A stretch of DNA of 64,000 nt from Cycas panzhihuaensis (taxonomy: Eukaryota > Plantae > Cycadophyta): assembly GCA_023213395.1 (NCBI GenBank), contig CM041465.1, positions 219,487,741-219,551,740 on the forward strand, in the 5' to 3' direction. Each line of letters starts with the position of its first letter. Position 1 is the first letter of the stretch. Made by a program: the position numbers and the translations under genes. Positions 1 to 12,400 of this stretch are shown piece after piece. The notes below the pieces were generated by a model. The model searched no databases, was not told the DNA's origin, and worked only from the letters and a program-made list of their open reading frames with translations.

Positions 1-7
1 TTAGAGA

Positions 8-2682
8 TTGGGACATATTAGAGAGAAAGGCCTCTATAATTTATTCTCCAAAGATATGGTAGAAGACATCTCTGGAATTAATGGCTCCTTTGATTTTTAT
101 TTCTATGAGCATTGTGTATATGGTAAACAAAATCAAGTCAATTTTCCTTCAAGCTCAAAGAGAGCAAAGTGTATTCTGCAATTAGTGCACAACGATGTTT
201 CTAGACCTATTGATGTACCCTCATTAGGTAGGTCTAAATACTTTATCTCATTTATAGATGATTTCTCAAGAAAGACATGGCTGTACTTTCTCAAACAAAA
301 ATCTAAAGTCTTCAGTAAATTCAAAGAATTCAAGGCCTTGGTTGAGAATCAGAGTGACATGCAGATCAAGGTACTGAGAATGGATAATGGAGGAGAGTTT
401 TTCTCAAAGGAGTTTGAACAGTTCTGTAAGCAGTGTGGGATAGAAAAGTAAAAGACAATTCCCTATATACCACAGCAGAACAGTGTTGCTAAAAGGATGA
501 TTAGGACCTTGTTAGAGAGATCGAGGAGTATGCTTAGTAATGTTGGATTAGAGAAGAAATTCTGGGTAGAGTCTATGATAACTACAAGCTACTTAATAAA
601 TAGATCACCAACAACTACCTTAGTATACAAAACACCTGAAGAAGTGTGGTCTGGTAAGAAACCATCTCTTGGTCATCTTAAAGTTTTTGGTTGTGAAGCT
701 TTTGTGCATGTTCCTAAATAGCAAAGGACTAAATTTGATTTTAAAGCATAAAATACTATTTTCATTGGTTGTAATGATGTTATTAAAGGGTATAAGATTT
801 ATAACCTTAAAACACAAAAGGTTATATATAGTTATGATGTTGTCTTTAGATAGAAGTTTAAGTCTCTAAAGTAGGATGAAGAACCAAAGGGAGAGCACTC
901 TAATAAGGTACAATTTAAAGTAAAGGATGAAGATTCTGCATCAGAATATGAGTCAGTTGAAGAGGAAGAACCAGTTGTAGAGGTAGCTAAACCTTAAGAA
1001 CCTCACATCTTGAGGAGATCAACTCATAAGAGAAGACAGCCTGATAGGCATATTCCTAAAGACCTTTGTCACTCCTCTTTTGTTTTATCTACTATAGATG
1101 GTGATCCAGGTACTATTTGGAAGGCTTTAGAGTCAAAAGAGAGCTAACTTTAGATGAAGGCCATGCAAGAATAAATGATGGCCTTGGACAAAAATAATAC
1201 ATGGGATTTGGTGGATCTACCTAATGGAAAAAAACTATTGATAACAAATAGATCTTCAAGAAGAAGTTTCAAGCAGATGGTACTGTGGAAAAGTATAAGG
1301 CTCGCTTGGTAGCAAAGGGCTATTCCCATGTCAAAGGAATAGATTTTAGTGAGATATTTTCTCTTATTGCAAAAGTTGCTTCAATTAGATTTTTGTTGGC
1401 TGTAGCAGCTGCCTATGACCTTGAGGTGGATCAAATGGATGTGAAGATTGTATTTCTTCACCGTGACCTTAAGGAAGAAATTTATATATTGCAATGTGAA
1501 GTGTTTGAAGTTGTAGGAAAAGAGAATATGGTATGCAGGTTAAAGAAGTCATTATATGGCTTGAAATAGTCACCAAGGATGTGGTATTAAAAGTTTAATT
1601 CATATATATTGGTAGATGGCTTTATGTATAGCAAAGTAAATCATTGTGTTTATTATAAGCAGGTTGGTGATCATTTTGTTATTCTAGCTTTATATGTTCA
1701 TGACATACTTTTAGTTGGTAATAATAAAGGAATGAACCAACTTGTGAAAGACCAACTAACATCTCACTTTGAGATGAAGGACCTTGGTACTGCACATTTT
1801 ATTTTGGGCATTAAGATTAAACGAGATAGGAGAAATAGGAAGATTTAGCTTAGCCAAAGATAGTACATTGAGACAATATTGCAATGGTTCATGTTGCAGG
1901 ACAGTAAACTAGTTGATATTCCTCTTCCTACTAGTTTAAAATTATCAACTGAACAATGCCCAAAGACTCACCAAGAAGTTGAAGACATGGCATTTGTCCC
2001 TTATTCTAGTGTTTTTGGTAGCCTAATGTATGCGATGATTTACACTCGACCAAACATTGCCCATGCAGTGGGAATAGTTAGCAGGTATATGTCAAATTCA
2101 AGTAGGGAGCATTGGGTGGCTGTGAAAAGGATTTTTAGGTATTTGTAAGATACATCAAACTATAGAATTTGCTATCAAGGAGATCCCATGGAGAGTAGAA
2201 CAGTAAACCTGAGAGGTTTCGTTAATGCTAATTGGGCTGGAGATCTTGACAGTAGAAGATCTACAAGTGGGTATGTTTTTACCCTTTATGGTGGTGCAAT
2301 CAGCTGGATGAGTAAAAGATTGCAAGTTATAGTACTTTCTATCATAGAAGTAGAGTATATAGTAGCTAATCATGTGTGCAAGAAAACGGTTTGGTTATAG
2401 AGATTATGCATAGATATTGGCTTTAAGCAGGATGCTCTAAGGATAGATTATGATAGTCAAAGTGCAATCTACCTAACAAAGAACCCCATTTTTCATGCTT
2501 GGTTAAATCATATTGATGTGCAATTCCATTTTGTGAGAGAAATTGTTCAATATTATGAGGTGGATTTGCAAAATATTACTATACAAGACAATGTTGCATA
2601 CTCATTGACTAAGATTATTAGCATAGAAAAATTCAAATGGTGTAGAATTGCAATAGGTGTTTGTGATTTTGGCATTCAATAG
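8..2682 (+). pseudogene. pol: Degenerate copia pol: GAG-pre-integrase, integrase, reverse transcriptase, RNase H
   Basis: [85 protein letters not shown]; many in-frame stops. Confidence 0.95.
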
Positions 2683-2727
2683 TTATGTATGCAGGTTTTC
2701 TTATAAAGTGTTCAACAAGTGGGAGAT

Positions 2728-3190
2728 TGTTAGATATGTTGAATACTTTGCAAGTGTTACATGGGTATAGGTATTACACCCGAGACCCTTTGGGTATCTT
2801 ATAGGGGCCTTTTATTGGCCCATGGTTTATGTCCATTGTATTGTAAAACTGCAAGGCAATATCTTGTAATGTTATATCTATATATTCTTATGTAATGGCA
2901 TATGTAACATGATAATGGTGTGGCTGAGTCAAGGGGAAGAGTTGAGATTTATTCATCTCTATAATTCTTTAGTCGTTTCTTAGATTAATAGAAGTTCTAT
3001 ACTTAGGCTTAAATCTCCTTGTGTTCTTTATTGAGTGCTTGATTTATTTATGTTATTTGTTCTTTGCATGGTTTAGAGTTTTGTTATCACATTGCTTTTG
3101 TGGTTATATTTTCTCTTCAATATTGCATCTTAGTAGATTTTCTTATATCTATAGGAGAAGATATTTGAGGAATCTACCCTATACTCTACA
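2728..3190 (+). repeat. 3' LTR of the first copia element (about 460 bp)
   Basis: TG directly after the PPT; TATA-like ctatatatt near 2878; ends ..ctctaca; partner LTR not in the window, so the end is approximate. Confidence 0.65.
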
Positions 3191-3207
3191 ATCTATGAGC
3201 CATAAAC

Positions 3208-3726
3208 ATGGGGTTAACTTTCACCAAGCTTTTCTAATAGTTGTTTATAAATAAAGAGATGCACATTCTCATGGTTGTTCTTATTGTAGCTAGAAAGACC
3301 ATCTTTTTCTATAAGCTTGAGCTGGGAGAGATTGTTACAACAATTCCAACCATTGACTTCAATGTAGAGACTATGGAATACAAGAATATTAGCTTTACTA
3401 TTTGGGATGTTAAAGGTCAAGATAAGATCCGACCACTATAGAGACACTACTTGTATAATACTTAGGATCTTATATTTGTGGTGGACAATAATGAGAGAGA
3501 CTGTGTAGTTAAGGCAAGAGATGAGTTGTACAAGATGCTAAATGAGGATGAATTACAAGATATAGTATTGCTTATATTTGCAAATAAATAGGATCTTCCA
3601 AATGTAATGAATGATATAGAGATTACTAGCAAGCTTGGGTTGCACTCTTTACGCCAACATCATTAGTATGTCCAGAGCATATTTGCTACATTTGGTGAAG
3701 GCTTGTATGAAGACTTAGACTAGCTA
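3208..3726 (+). pseudogene. ARF1: Processed (intronless) ADP-ribosylation factor 1 class GTPase retrocopy
   Basis: One frame reads [21 protein letters not shown]...[42 protein letters not shown]...[11 protein letters not shown]...[45 protein letters not shown]; colinear with plant ARF1, no introns, several stops. Confidence 0.96.
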
Positions 3727-3879
3727 AGGTTTGAGGATGAACCATGGACCTAGATTCTAGTTTAGAGATGGGGCAAGTGATAATATTAAAAAGTGGGGTA
3801 ACATTCAAGGGTTTTGTAAAACCAAAGTTTAATTTTGTGAATCATTAAATAGAAAGATATAAGAGACCATCCAAATTTT

Positions 3880-4030
3880 TCAAAAATGAAGATGAGACTG
3901 CCAAAAATACTTTAGCAATAACATAAGGGCAAGTCGAAGTCCAGTGCATTCTAGTATAACTATAAGGAAAAAAACATGAGGAGATTGTAAAAGAATTGCT
4001 CTTATTACAAGATATTAATGTAACTTTTCT
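3880..4030 (+). pseudogene. Possible ankyrin-repeat fragment
   Basis: KNEDETA..LAIT*GQVEV and HEEIVKELLLLQDINV resemble the ankyrin consensus; frameshifted. Confidence 0.35.
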
Positions 4031-4493
4031 AGAGACATTTTTGGGGCAAATTTCTGATGAAGGAAGTGACCTTGTTAATCACCCCATAATAAATTTTAGA
4101 TGACTTTAAATATTTTTTGAAACTGCATCCTACATATATGCCATCAGTTTGTCCATACAAGTAACTTGATTTTTTATGTGCATTAAAAGTACTGCAATTG
4201 TTGTTGCTATTACAATTGTGTGTTTGAGTATTATTATTAAACTTTAAAGAGCATATGTTGTTTCTAGTATTATAGCTTATGCCAGATGTAATATATAAAT
4301 ATTAAGTATAAATGCATAAGTAATTTGCCCTCCTCATCACCATTTGTAATGGTGTTTTTCTTCTTCATGTAGAAGTTGGAATAATGACACTTCCTTCATT
4401 AGTAGATGTGTAATGAATTGGTGTGAGTTTACCTTTGTCTATATTTTCTTAGCATACACCAATTTGGTAGTTCTAGAATATGTAGAATGATAT

Positions 4494-4600
4494 TGCAGTA
4501 GCAGCATAGAGGATGCTGGCAAAGTGTTTGATAGAATATCTAGGTAAACTTAAATTGCAAGGACTACAATGATGTCAAGATATGTGTAGTTGGATTTCTC
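4494..4600 (+). pseudogene. PLS-class pentatricopeptide repeat (PPR) fragment
   Basis: CSSSIEDAGKVFDRISR*T*IARTTMMSRYV*LDFS matches the CGSIEDA.KVFDRM....IAWT.MISGY consensus. Confidence 0.65.
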
Positions 4601-4723
4601 AATGGCTAATTCTTACACCAATTTTTTTACTTCAATTAATTTAGATCCATCTCAGTCGAAAGAATGCAGAGAGAATAAAGGTTGTATATGATACCATTTT
4701 TATTATAAGAAATTAAATATTAT

Positions 4724-4817
4724 GGGGGGATGTTAGAATATAATATTTAATTTTTAAAGTGATGGCATTATGTTAGTGTCATAATTGATGTTAATTATAA
4801 TTTGAGGTTATGGGCCT
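4724..4817 (+). mobile_element. PPT plus start of an older LTR, interrupted by element A; probably resumes at about 28927-29100
   Basis: gggggga 4724-4730 followed by tgttagaata at 4731; the TSD of element A lies inside it. Confidence 0.5.
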
Positions 4818-5731
4818 TGGAATCATGTCTATGGGATGGTAACTACAGCTAGTTAGGATTAGGTTGGACAACAGAAGGCTACCAAATAAAGAAACAATCC
4901 AACAAATGAATGGAATCACCTACATAAGGCATCTGTGCATCAGAACACAAATTCAGGACCTACAAATGGCACACAACTTCCCTCTAGGTAACTTAGCTTT
5001 GGCTTTGGGGGTAGCACGAGCGAGGGATATCCTCAGTTTCCCAAGTAACCTCAAAATGTAGGTCTTCCTGCCCTTGGATGGCCAGAAAGGAGTAGGAAGA
5101 CCCAACGAGAAGATGGATCCTCCTGGAGGGTGAAGGGATATGGATAGAGTATATGTAGGCAAGTGGCACGAGAGATAAACACTTGTAAGGGTGGTGTCGA
5201 GTAACCTCCTCACGCATGGGACCAACCCAAAATAAAGGAATCGAGATTATTAAGTTGGTATAGATGTGTTGGGATTAAAGGAGGATGTACTAGAGGATAA
5301 ATCCTCCTTGAACTAACTCACCTAAAGTGGGTCTAGGGGAGCAAAGGACGATGGCAGAATAAGGTCTCGTGGTCATATGGATGAAAGAGTCTACTTTTTA
5401 TGTGCAATAGTGAAATGGTATCTAATTGAATATATGTGCAAATAAGAGATAAAAGAAACAATAAATATACTCTCTCTATCATTCTTCTTTCAAATGTGAA
5501 CCCTCACTCTGTTTTTACTTTAAATAGAAAAAAGGGAGATAAGGGAGGCAATCTAATCTAGCACAAAACATGCATGCTAAAGATGCAAAACCTAAGAGGT
5601 TGTATGCAATCAAATGGAAAGAGGAAGGGGATATCTCCTATCTCATGCTCTTTCCTAAAATATAAGTGTAGCATGCATATGCAAAAAAGAAGGTATAAAC
5701 TAGTTTCCTTTTCTCATTTTCCATTATGTTT

Positions 5732-6027
5732 TTTATGCAAACATGCAAGCTTGAGAGGTAAGAAAAGAAAAGAACTACGAAAGATAGAGGGTGGCATACA
5801 TAGAAAGTTATGCAGCTGAAACAAGGTCGTTATCTTACGCCACACTCCCTTCTCCTTTCCTTCCTCCCAACATATGGGTTTTTATGCAAACATGCAAGCT
5901 TGAGAGGTAAGAAAAGAAAAGAACTACGAAAGATAGAGGGTGGCATACATAGAAAGTTATGCGGCTGAAACAAGGTCGTTATTTTGCGCCATACTCCCTT
6001 CTCCTTTCCTTCCTCCCAACATATGGG
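5732..6027. repeat. 149-bp tandem duplication in the 3' LTR of A
   Basis: tttatgcaaacatgcaagc.. at 5732 and 5881; single copy near 26098 in the sister LTR. Confidence 0.9.
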
Positions 6028-6271
6028 AAATGTAAGGTGATGGTGTTGGGTCTCCCTTACCTTCCCCAGATTGAAAAGAAAAAGGTAAGAGAAAGCAAAA
6101 GGAAAGTCTATGCTAGTAGCAGAAAAGACTAAGGAAAAGAAAGGGTAAGAGGCATACTTGGATTGAAATGCTTTGTCCTTCTCCGTAAGTGATGCGATAA
6201 AACCTACAATCACAAAGGTTCTCTTCCCTTTTCCAAGGGGTTACTAGAGTGCCAAATAAATAAATAAATAG

Positions 6272-6854
<583 letters not shown>

Positions 6855-7065
6855 GCTGTGAAATGCTAAGAATGTTGTAAGAAAAAAACACTTTAAATCA
6901 AGTAAATTTCCAACCAAGTAGATAACTTCCAATCTCCTCCAAAATAAGCGACACAAGACAAAGGATGTGAATGGTTAGCCTCGGAATGGCTAACCACTAA
7001 TGAGCACACCTCCACACTACCTCTAAGCTCAAGAACAGTAAGTTGTGATAGCCTAATGGTAGAAA

Positions 7066-7362
7066 TGAAAAGGGTTAATGACATAAGGTCATTACATTAG
7101 TTGATTATTTCGAAAAAGGGTCTTAAGTGAACTTTAAATTAGATCACTTAAGTGAAATGTACTTTCATGTGCATTATGTGTAATTTCATTTCACCTAACT
7201 CAAATGCTCCCTCTCTCAATATAAAAGTAAAGCGCAATGGAGGAGATTCATTCTTACCTCCCCATTTTGTGAGAGCTACTTTCTTTCTCTCAAGTCTCTC
7301 TTGCTCCCATGTTTGCCTTTATGTTTAGTGCATGGAGATGAAGGATAGATCCACTCTTTTCA
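7066..7362 (+). repeat. 5' LTR of copia B
   Basis: tgaaaag...cttttca; TATA-like tataaaa near 7220. Confidence 0.96.
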
Positions 7363-7364
7363 TG

Positions 7365-7376
7365 TGGTATTAGAGC
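7365..7376 (+). promoter_or_regulatory. PBS, tRNA-iMet type
   Basis: tggtattagagc versus canonical TGGTATCAGAGC, 2 nt after the LTR. Confidence 0.9.
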
Positions 7377-7920
7377 TTGCTTCCTTCATATTCCCCACTT
7401 GCACTTGCAATGGAGCCATCACTTCCTTCTCCCCCACAATCCATGTGGTGAAGAAGATTGTGAAAGTGAATTTAGAAATAATTTCAAGTTATTATTATAG
7501 CATATTTTGTATTGTTTGCTTTTCCTTCCTCTTTTGTAGGTTTGAAAGCATAATACAAGGATTTGTAAGGCCCAAGGATTCCAATCCTTTGCTGGCCATT
7601 CATGCTATCTCATTCTTCTTTTTCTTTTCCCTTTCTTGTCCATTTAACAAGGGGAAATGTCACAAATTTTTCCAGTGTTTAGAAGAATGATTGTAAGGGG
7701 AGTTTTTACCCATTTTTTTTAAAGAATTTTGAGCCATTTAAAATATCTATCATTGTATGCTCTCACCTTGCCCATATTGGGATCTTGGTGATCAAAAAAT
7801 GATGGAAATTTCATATGGTATCATGTGTTAATGAGATATTAGCAAGCTAAAATTTTTACAGAAATACAATTTGATTGCTAAACTTCATAGGTCTGTAAAA
7901 TCTTCTACAGAGATCCAATT

Positions 7921-8230
7921 GAAGTGATTCCAATTGTCAAAGATGGGGCTCTGAGTCTACTTTCTAGTGCAAAAACCAGCACCTAATTTGGATGTCGTAT
8001 AAGGAAGTTATTGATGTTTTAGTGAACAGTAGTTATTTTTAGTAAGAATTCTAGAAAAATATAATTTCCTAACTTTGCGGGGCTGTCAAAAACTTTCCAG
8101 AACTCATTTGGAATTGATTCCACTTCCTGAAGATGAAGCTCTGAGTCTAGTTTGTAGCACAAAAACTGGCACTCCATTTCGATATCGTGGGAGAAAGTTA
8201 TTGCATATTTAGTGAAGAGTACTTTTTTTG
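7921..8230. repeat. Diverged direct repeats (about 190-bp period) in the 5' UTR of B
   Basis: tgattcca..aagatg..gctctgagtcta..aaaaac..gcac..aagttattg..tttagtgaa seen at 7921 and 8111. Confidence 0.75.
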
Positions 8231-9114
8231 TATTAACAAAAAAAAAAAAAAAGAGAAAAAAAGTGAAGAAAATTTCTTCCTTTTTATAAGGCTTAAAAGC
8301 CCATTGTAAAAGTGAGAAAAACACCGGATCGGAGCAATATCCGTGTCCTCACTCACTTATTAGCATTGCATTTCAGCACTCTAAAATCACTCAAAGTAAG
8401 CACTCCAAAGACACTTCAAGCAAGCACTCCAAAAGCACTCTAAGCAAGCATTATTTTCAGTTAAATGTACGTTTGATGCAATTCGATAATCTTTTCACTC
8501 TTCCTAAAAGGAACACATCACGTACGCTATTTTCTGCCATCTTGTACCTATTCACACACTCGCCAAGGTTGAGATACCTTAGTTGGCAGAATGTCGTGCC
8601 ATAAAGGAGGTGTGGGTTTCAAGTTGGGACTGGACTAAACCGGAATATTGGTGAGGTTTGGTTAGCCATACCATCGTGCCTCAATCAGGGATCATCCTGA
8701 TAACCAACCAGGAAAACTGAAACTTTAATACAAGATTAAAATATACCCAATCCAATATCTGTCATAGCCATGGGTATGCATGTACCACTCTTTAGAGGAG
8801 GTATATAGCTGCTCATTGGTGAACTGGGTGAGGATTGGGAGTACCTGGGCTCCGTTGTGACTTGGATCTCATCACTAAGCACGATTGCGGGTATCGCGGG
8901 TGAAGGCCAAATTAATTCTACTAGAAGCATAGGCATCCCTTCAACAACCTCAACTACACGTTGGACACAAGTTAGAGGTTATTGGGTTGATTGCGCATCC
9001 TACATTCGAGTTTCAAGTTGTGTAAACCCAATGATGTCAACTTCTATATTGGCCTATAATCTTGTATATTGATCACTTACTTATTTGTAAAAAGTGATCC
9101 ATAGTGTAATCATA

Positions 9115-9250
9115 ATCATAGTGCTTCTCATATTCCTACTGCGTCAGGTTAATATTTGCCACAAGTATTAGTGGCCAATTTTTATCATAGTGCTTCTCAT
9201 ATTCCTGCTGCGTCAGGTTAATATTTGTCACAAGTGTTGGTGACTTTTCT
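9115..9250 (+). repeat. 69-bp tandem duplication with paired hairpins upstream of gag
   Basis: atcatagtgcttctcatattcct.. at 9115 and 9184. Confidence 0.9.
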
Positions 9251-9406
9251 CTAAGTTGCTCCCTTCATCTTTAAGCAACCATTCTTACTTCTTCTTCCTT
9301 CTTCTACACTACTTCATTACATTTCCCATTTGTAAATAGTGATCGGTCATTTATTGACATCACTTTTATAGTCCCTTGTTCATTTCTTCCCTTCTAAAAA
9401 GATACA

Positions 9407-12400
9407 ATGTCTTCACAGTTCAAGCAAAATGTGAACTGCATTCTAAAAGGGAAAGAAAATTGGGACATGTGGTTCACTGGTGTCAGAAATGCTGCAAAGT
9501 ATGAAGGTCTATGGAGAGATCACTTACAACCTACACCACCGCTGCATACTACCACAACTACTTCAGCAGGAGGTGCTCCAACTGCTCCCACTGAAGCTGT
9601 AGCTAAACGCCAATGGGAACTTGATGATGATAAAATTCGTGTAGGGATACTGCTTGTCACTAATTATTCCCTACATAATCTCATTGATGAAGATGTACAT
9701 GATACAGCATAGAAAGTTCTTAAAGTTCTTAAGAAGAACTTTGATACTAAATCAGACTTAGAATTTGTTCACTTAGTGCTGAAGATGAACAAATTGAAAA
9801 TGCCAGAAAGGACATGCAAGTCAGACAATCAATCTCCTTCATCCAATCAAGTAAGCCATTGATAAAGATTTCAAAACTCAATGCATTACATGGGCTTTCT
9901 TGATTCAGTCATGTCTCCATATCCCAGATTATAAAAATCTATTGGGGAGTCTTCAATCCAGTGGAACTTTGAAGACCCTAGACTTTGAGGATCTTGTTGA
10001 TAAGTTCATTGAATTTGATAAGACCTTTGATACCAACTTTGCCACTACATCAGATCCAATTGATGCTGCTTTTGAAGTGGAAGAAGATCTTTGTTACACC
10101 AAAAATCAAGGTCAATACTCTCGTAGAGGTGGTAATTCCCGTGGAAGAGGAAGAGGTAGACAACAAGGACAACATCCTCTTAGTCAACAGGCTCCTCAAT
10201 TCCAACAAAAACAGTCTCAAGGCCAAGGCCAAAATAATCAACCTGGACCTAGATCCAAGAATCGAGACAATCCAAATTGATACTTGACCGGAAATCAAAC
10301 AATCATGTGCCAAAGGTGTAATAGAAGAGGACATTATGCCAAAATTGTAATCGCCACCAACAAACTACCAAGTTATCAACGGTGCCATGGTGCGCATAAT
10401 GTTGATAATACTTCTTTGAAGATGCTTTTGGTGGAACGAATTTGCTCATGCACACCTTCAAAGAATTGGGACCACTTCATCAAATGTTGTTGATAGATCC
10501 ACTAAGTATATTGAGGCTCATTGTGGCTTTGCTTATTCACTTTTGCCTTCACCACTTGGAGTTGCAAATAGTGCTACCTCAAATACTTCATCGTGGATCA
10601 TGGATATCGAGCAACACAACACATGACTTGTCATCGCCAGCTTCTTTCAAGATCTTGACTCAAGTTCATGGTGTTGTACACATGGTGACAAATCATCTCG
10701 TAGTCGAAGGACTTGGAACTGCTTGCCTAAAACTCCTGTGCCTTCCAGTTTTACACTTGTTGATGTTTTATATATTCTCGCCTAAAGCGTAATCTGCTCT
10801 CCCTGCCTACCCTTGTCTCTCGTGGATTTAATCAGATGTAATCGCAAACAATCAAACTCTCGTGTCATTCACCCTCCTTCAAATCCGTGGTTATGACCGA
10901 ATTCTTGATGGTAAACTTTTCGCCTAACCGGCTCACCATCCTCCTCAAGCCCACTATGTTGATGATGAATTTGTTTTTACCACAACCCTGACTCCTCAAA
11001 AGTTATCCCAAGCAGCTCTATGGCATGCTCGTATGGGCCATATCAAAATTGATTGCTTAAGAGAACTACAAGACACTCTTCCTGGGTTGCCTAAGTTCCC
11101 CTCTAAGCCCTTTAAATGTGAAGCATGTATTATTACTAAATCTCAAAGACAACCCTTTCCTCGTAGTCAGTGGAAATCTAGCCAACCTTTGCAGCTTGTA
11201 CACTCAGATATATACGGTCCTATGCCCATCCCTTCTATCAAACAGAAGTGGTACTATATTACTTTCATTGATGATTTTACCAAGAAAGTATGAGTTGCTT
11301 TTCTTGCAAAGAAAGATGAAGCCTTTTCTATGTTTCAAGCTTTCAAGGCCCACGTCGAAAATGAATCTGGATTCAAGATCAAAATACTTAGGACTGACAA
11401 TAGTGGCGAGTACACATCCAATGAGTTTGAATCGTACCTATGTCAACATGGAATCAAACATCAAACCACTGTTGCAGGTACCCCCCAGCAAAATGGAGTT
11501 GCCAAGTGCATGAACAGGACCATCATGAATATGGCTCGTGCTATGCTGGTATATAAGAATATCCCTATCTATCTTTGGGCTGAGGCTATCCGGATGGCGT
11601 GTATTGTATCAACACTATTAGTCCCTCCAAGCTCGGCCTCTCCACATGAAATGTGGTATGGACAAACCCCTCTATCTCCCACTTGAATTTTTGGCTCTAC
11701 TTATTATGCTCATATTTTGCGGAACATAGAAATAAGCTCCAAGATAGAGCCATCAAAGGCATCTTTGTGACATACCCTATGGACAAAAAGGGATACAAGG
11801 TTTTTATACCTTGAGTGTAAAATAATCATCACTAGAGATGTTATCTTTGCAGATCAAGATCAATTACTCGACTTGACTCCAAGATGCCTTCATACCAATT
11901 TAATGATGCTACTAAATTTGATGTCCGTTCCAAAATTTAGGGGAGATGTGAGCAGCTTGCTTAAAATCTTGGAATCGACAATAAAGCCTTGGAGGATACA
12001 AGTCGTGACTCAATCCAATGTGTACACATCCAGACCATCATTTGTGAATGACCAAGTTGACAAAGGCAAAGCCATAGTAGAAGGATCATCTTCTCCAACA
12101 TCCGTGGTGCCCATCTTCTCCAAAGATCGCCAACTTCCTCCGCCAAATATTTCACATGATCCTTTTCAGGATCAAAACGAAGATCAAGAGGTGGTGGAAA
12201 TGAAAACCTCATTCCCAACTCGAGAGTTTTCATGAAGCCTACCACCACACAAGGACATGCGACCAGATGAGGTAGGCAAAACTGGCACTAGAAGTGCCCA
12301 TAGAGCAAGGATGCATGAATCACTTTCCATTGAGTTTGAACCAGCAGAACTGCATCTTGCTCTTAATGAAGAGCCCCTAACGTACCAAGAAGTTGTAAAG

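Larger units (their letters stand above)
1..3190 (+). mobile_element. Ty1/copia LTR retrotransposon, 3' part (INT-RT-RH, PPT, 3' LTR); 5' end outside the window
   Basis: Copia domain order INT-RT-RH; PPT aagtgggagat 2717-2727 followed by tgttag at 2728; probable LTR end ..ctaca at 3190. Confidence 0.9.

Noticed and set aside
3241-3441. Functional ARF gene
   Set aside because: Multiple stops and a destroyed P-loop (GLDAAGKT reads VLIVARKT).
8683-8730. Hammerhead-like string ctgataa...gaaac in the leader of B
   Set aside because: The core deviates from CUGANGA, and I could not build stems II and III with a cleavage triplet.
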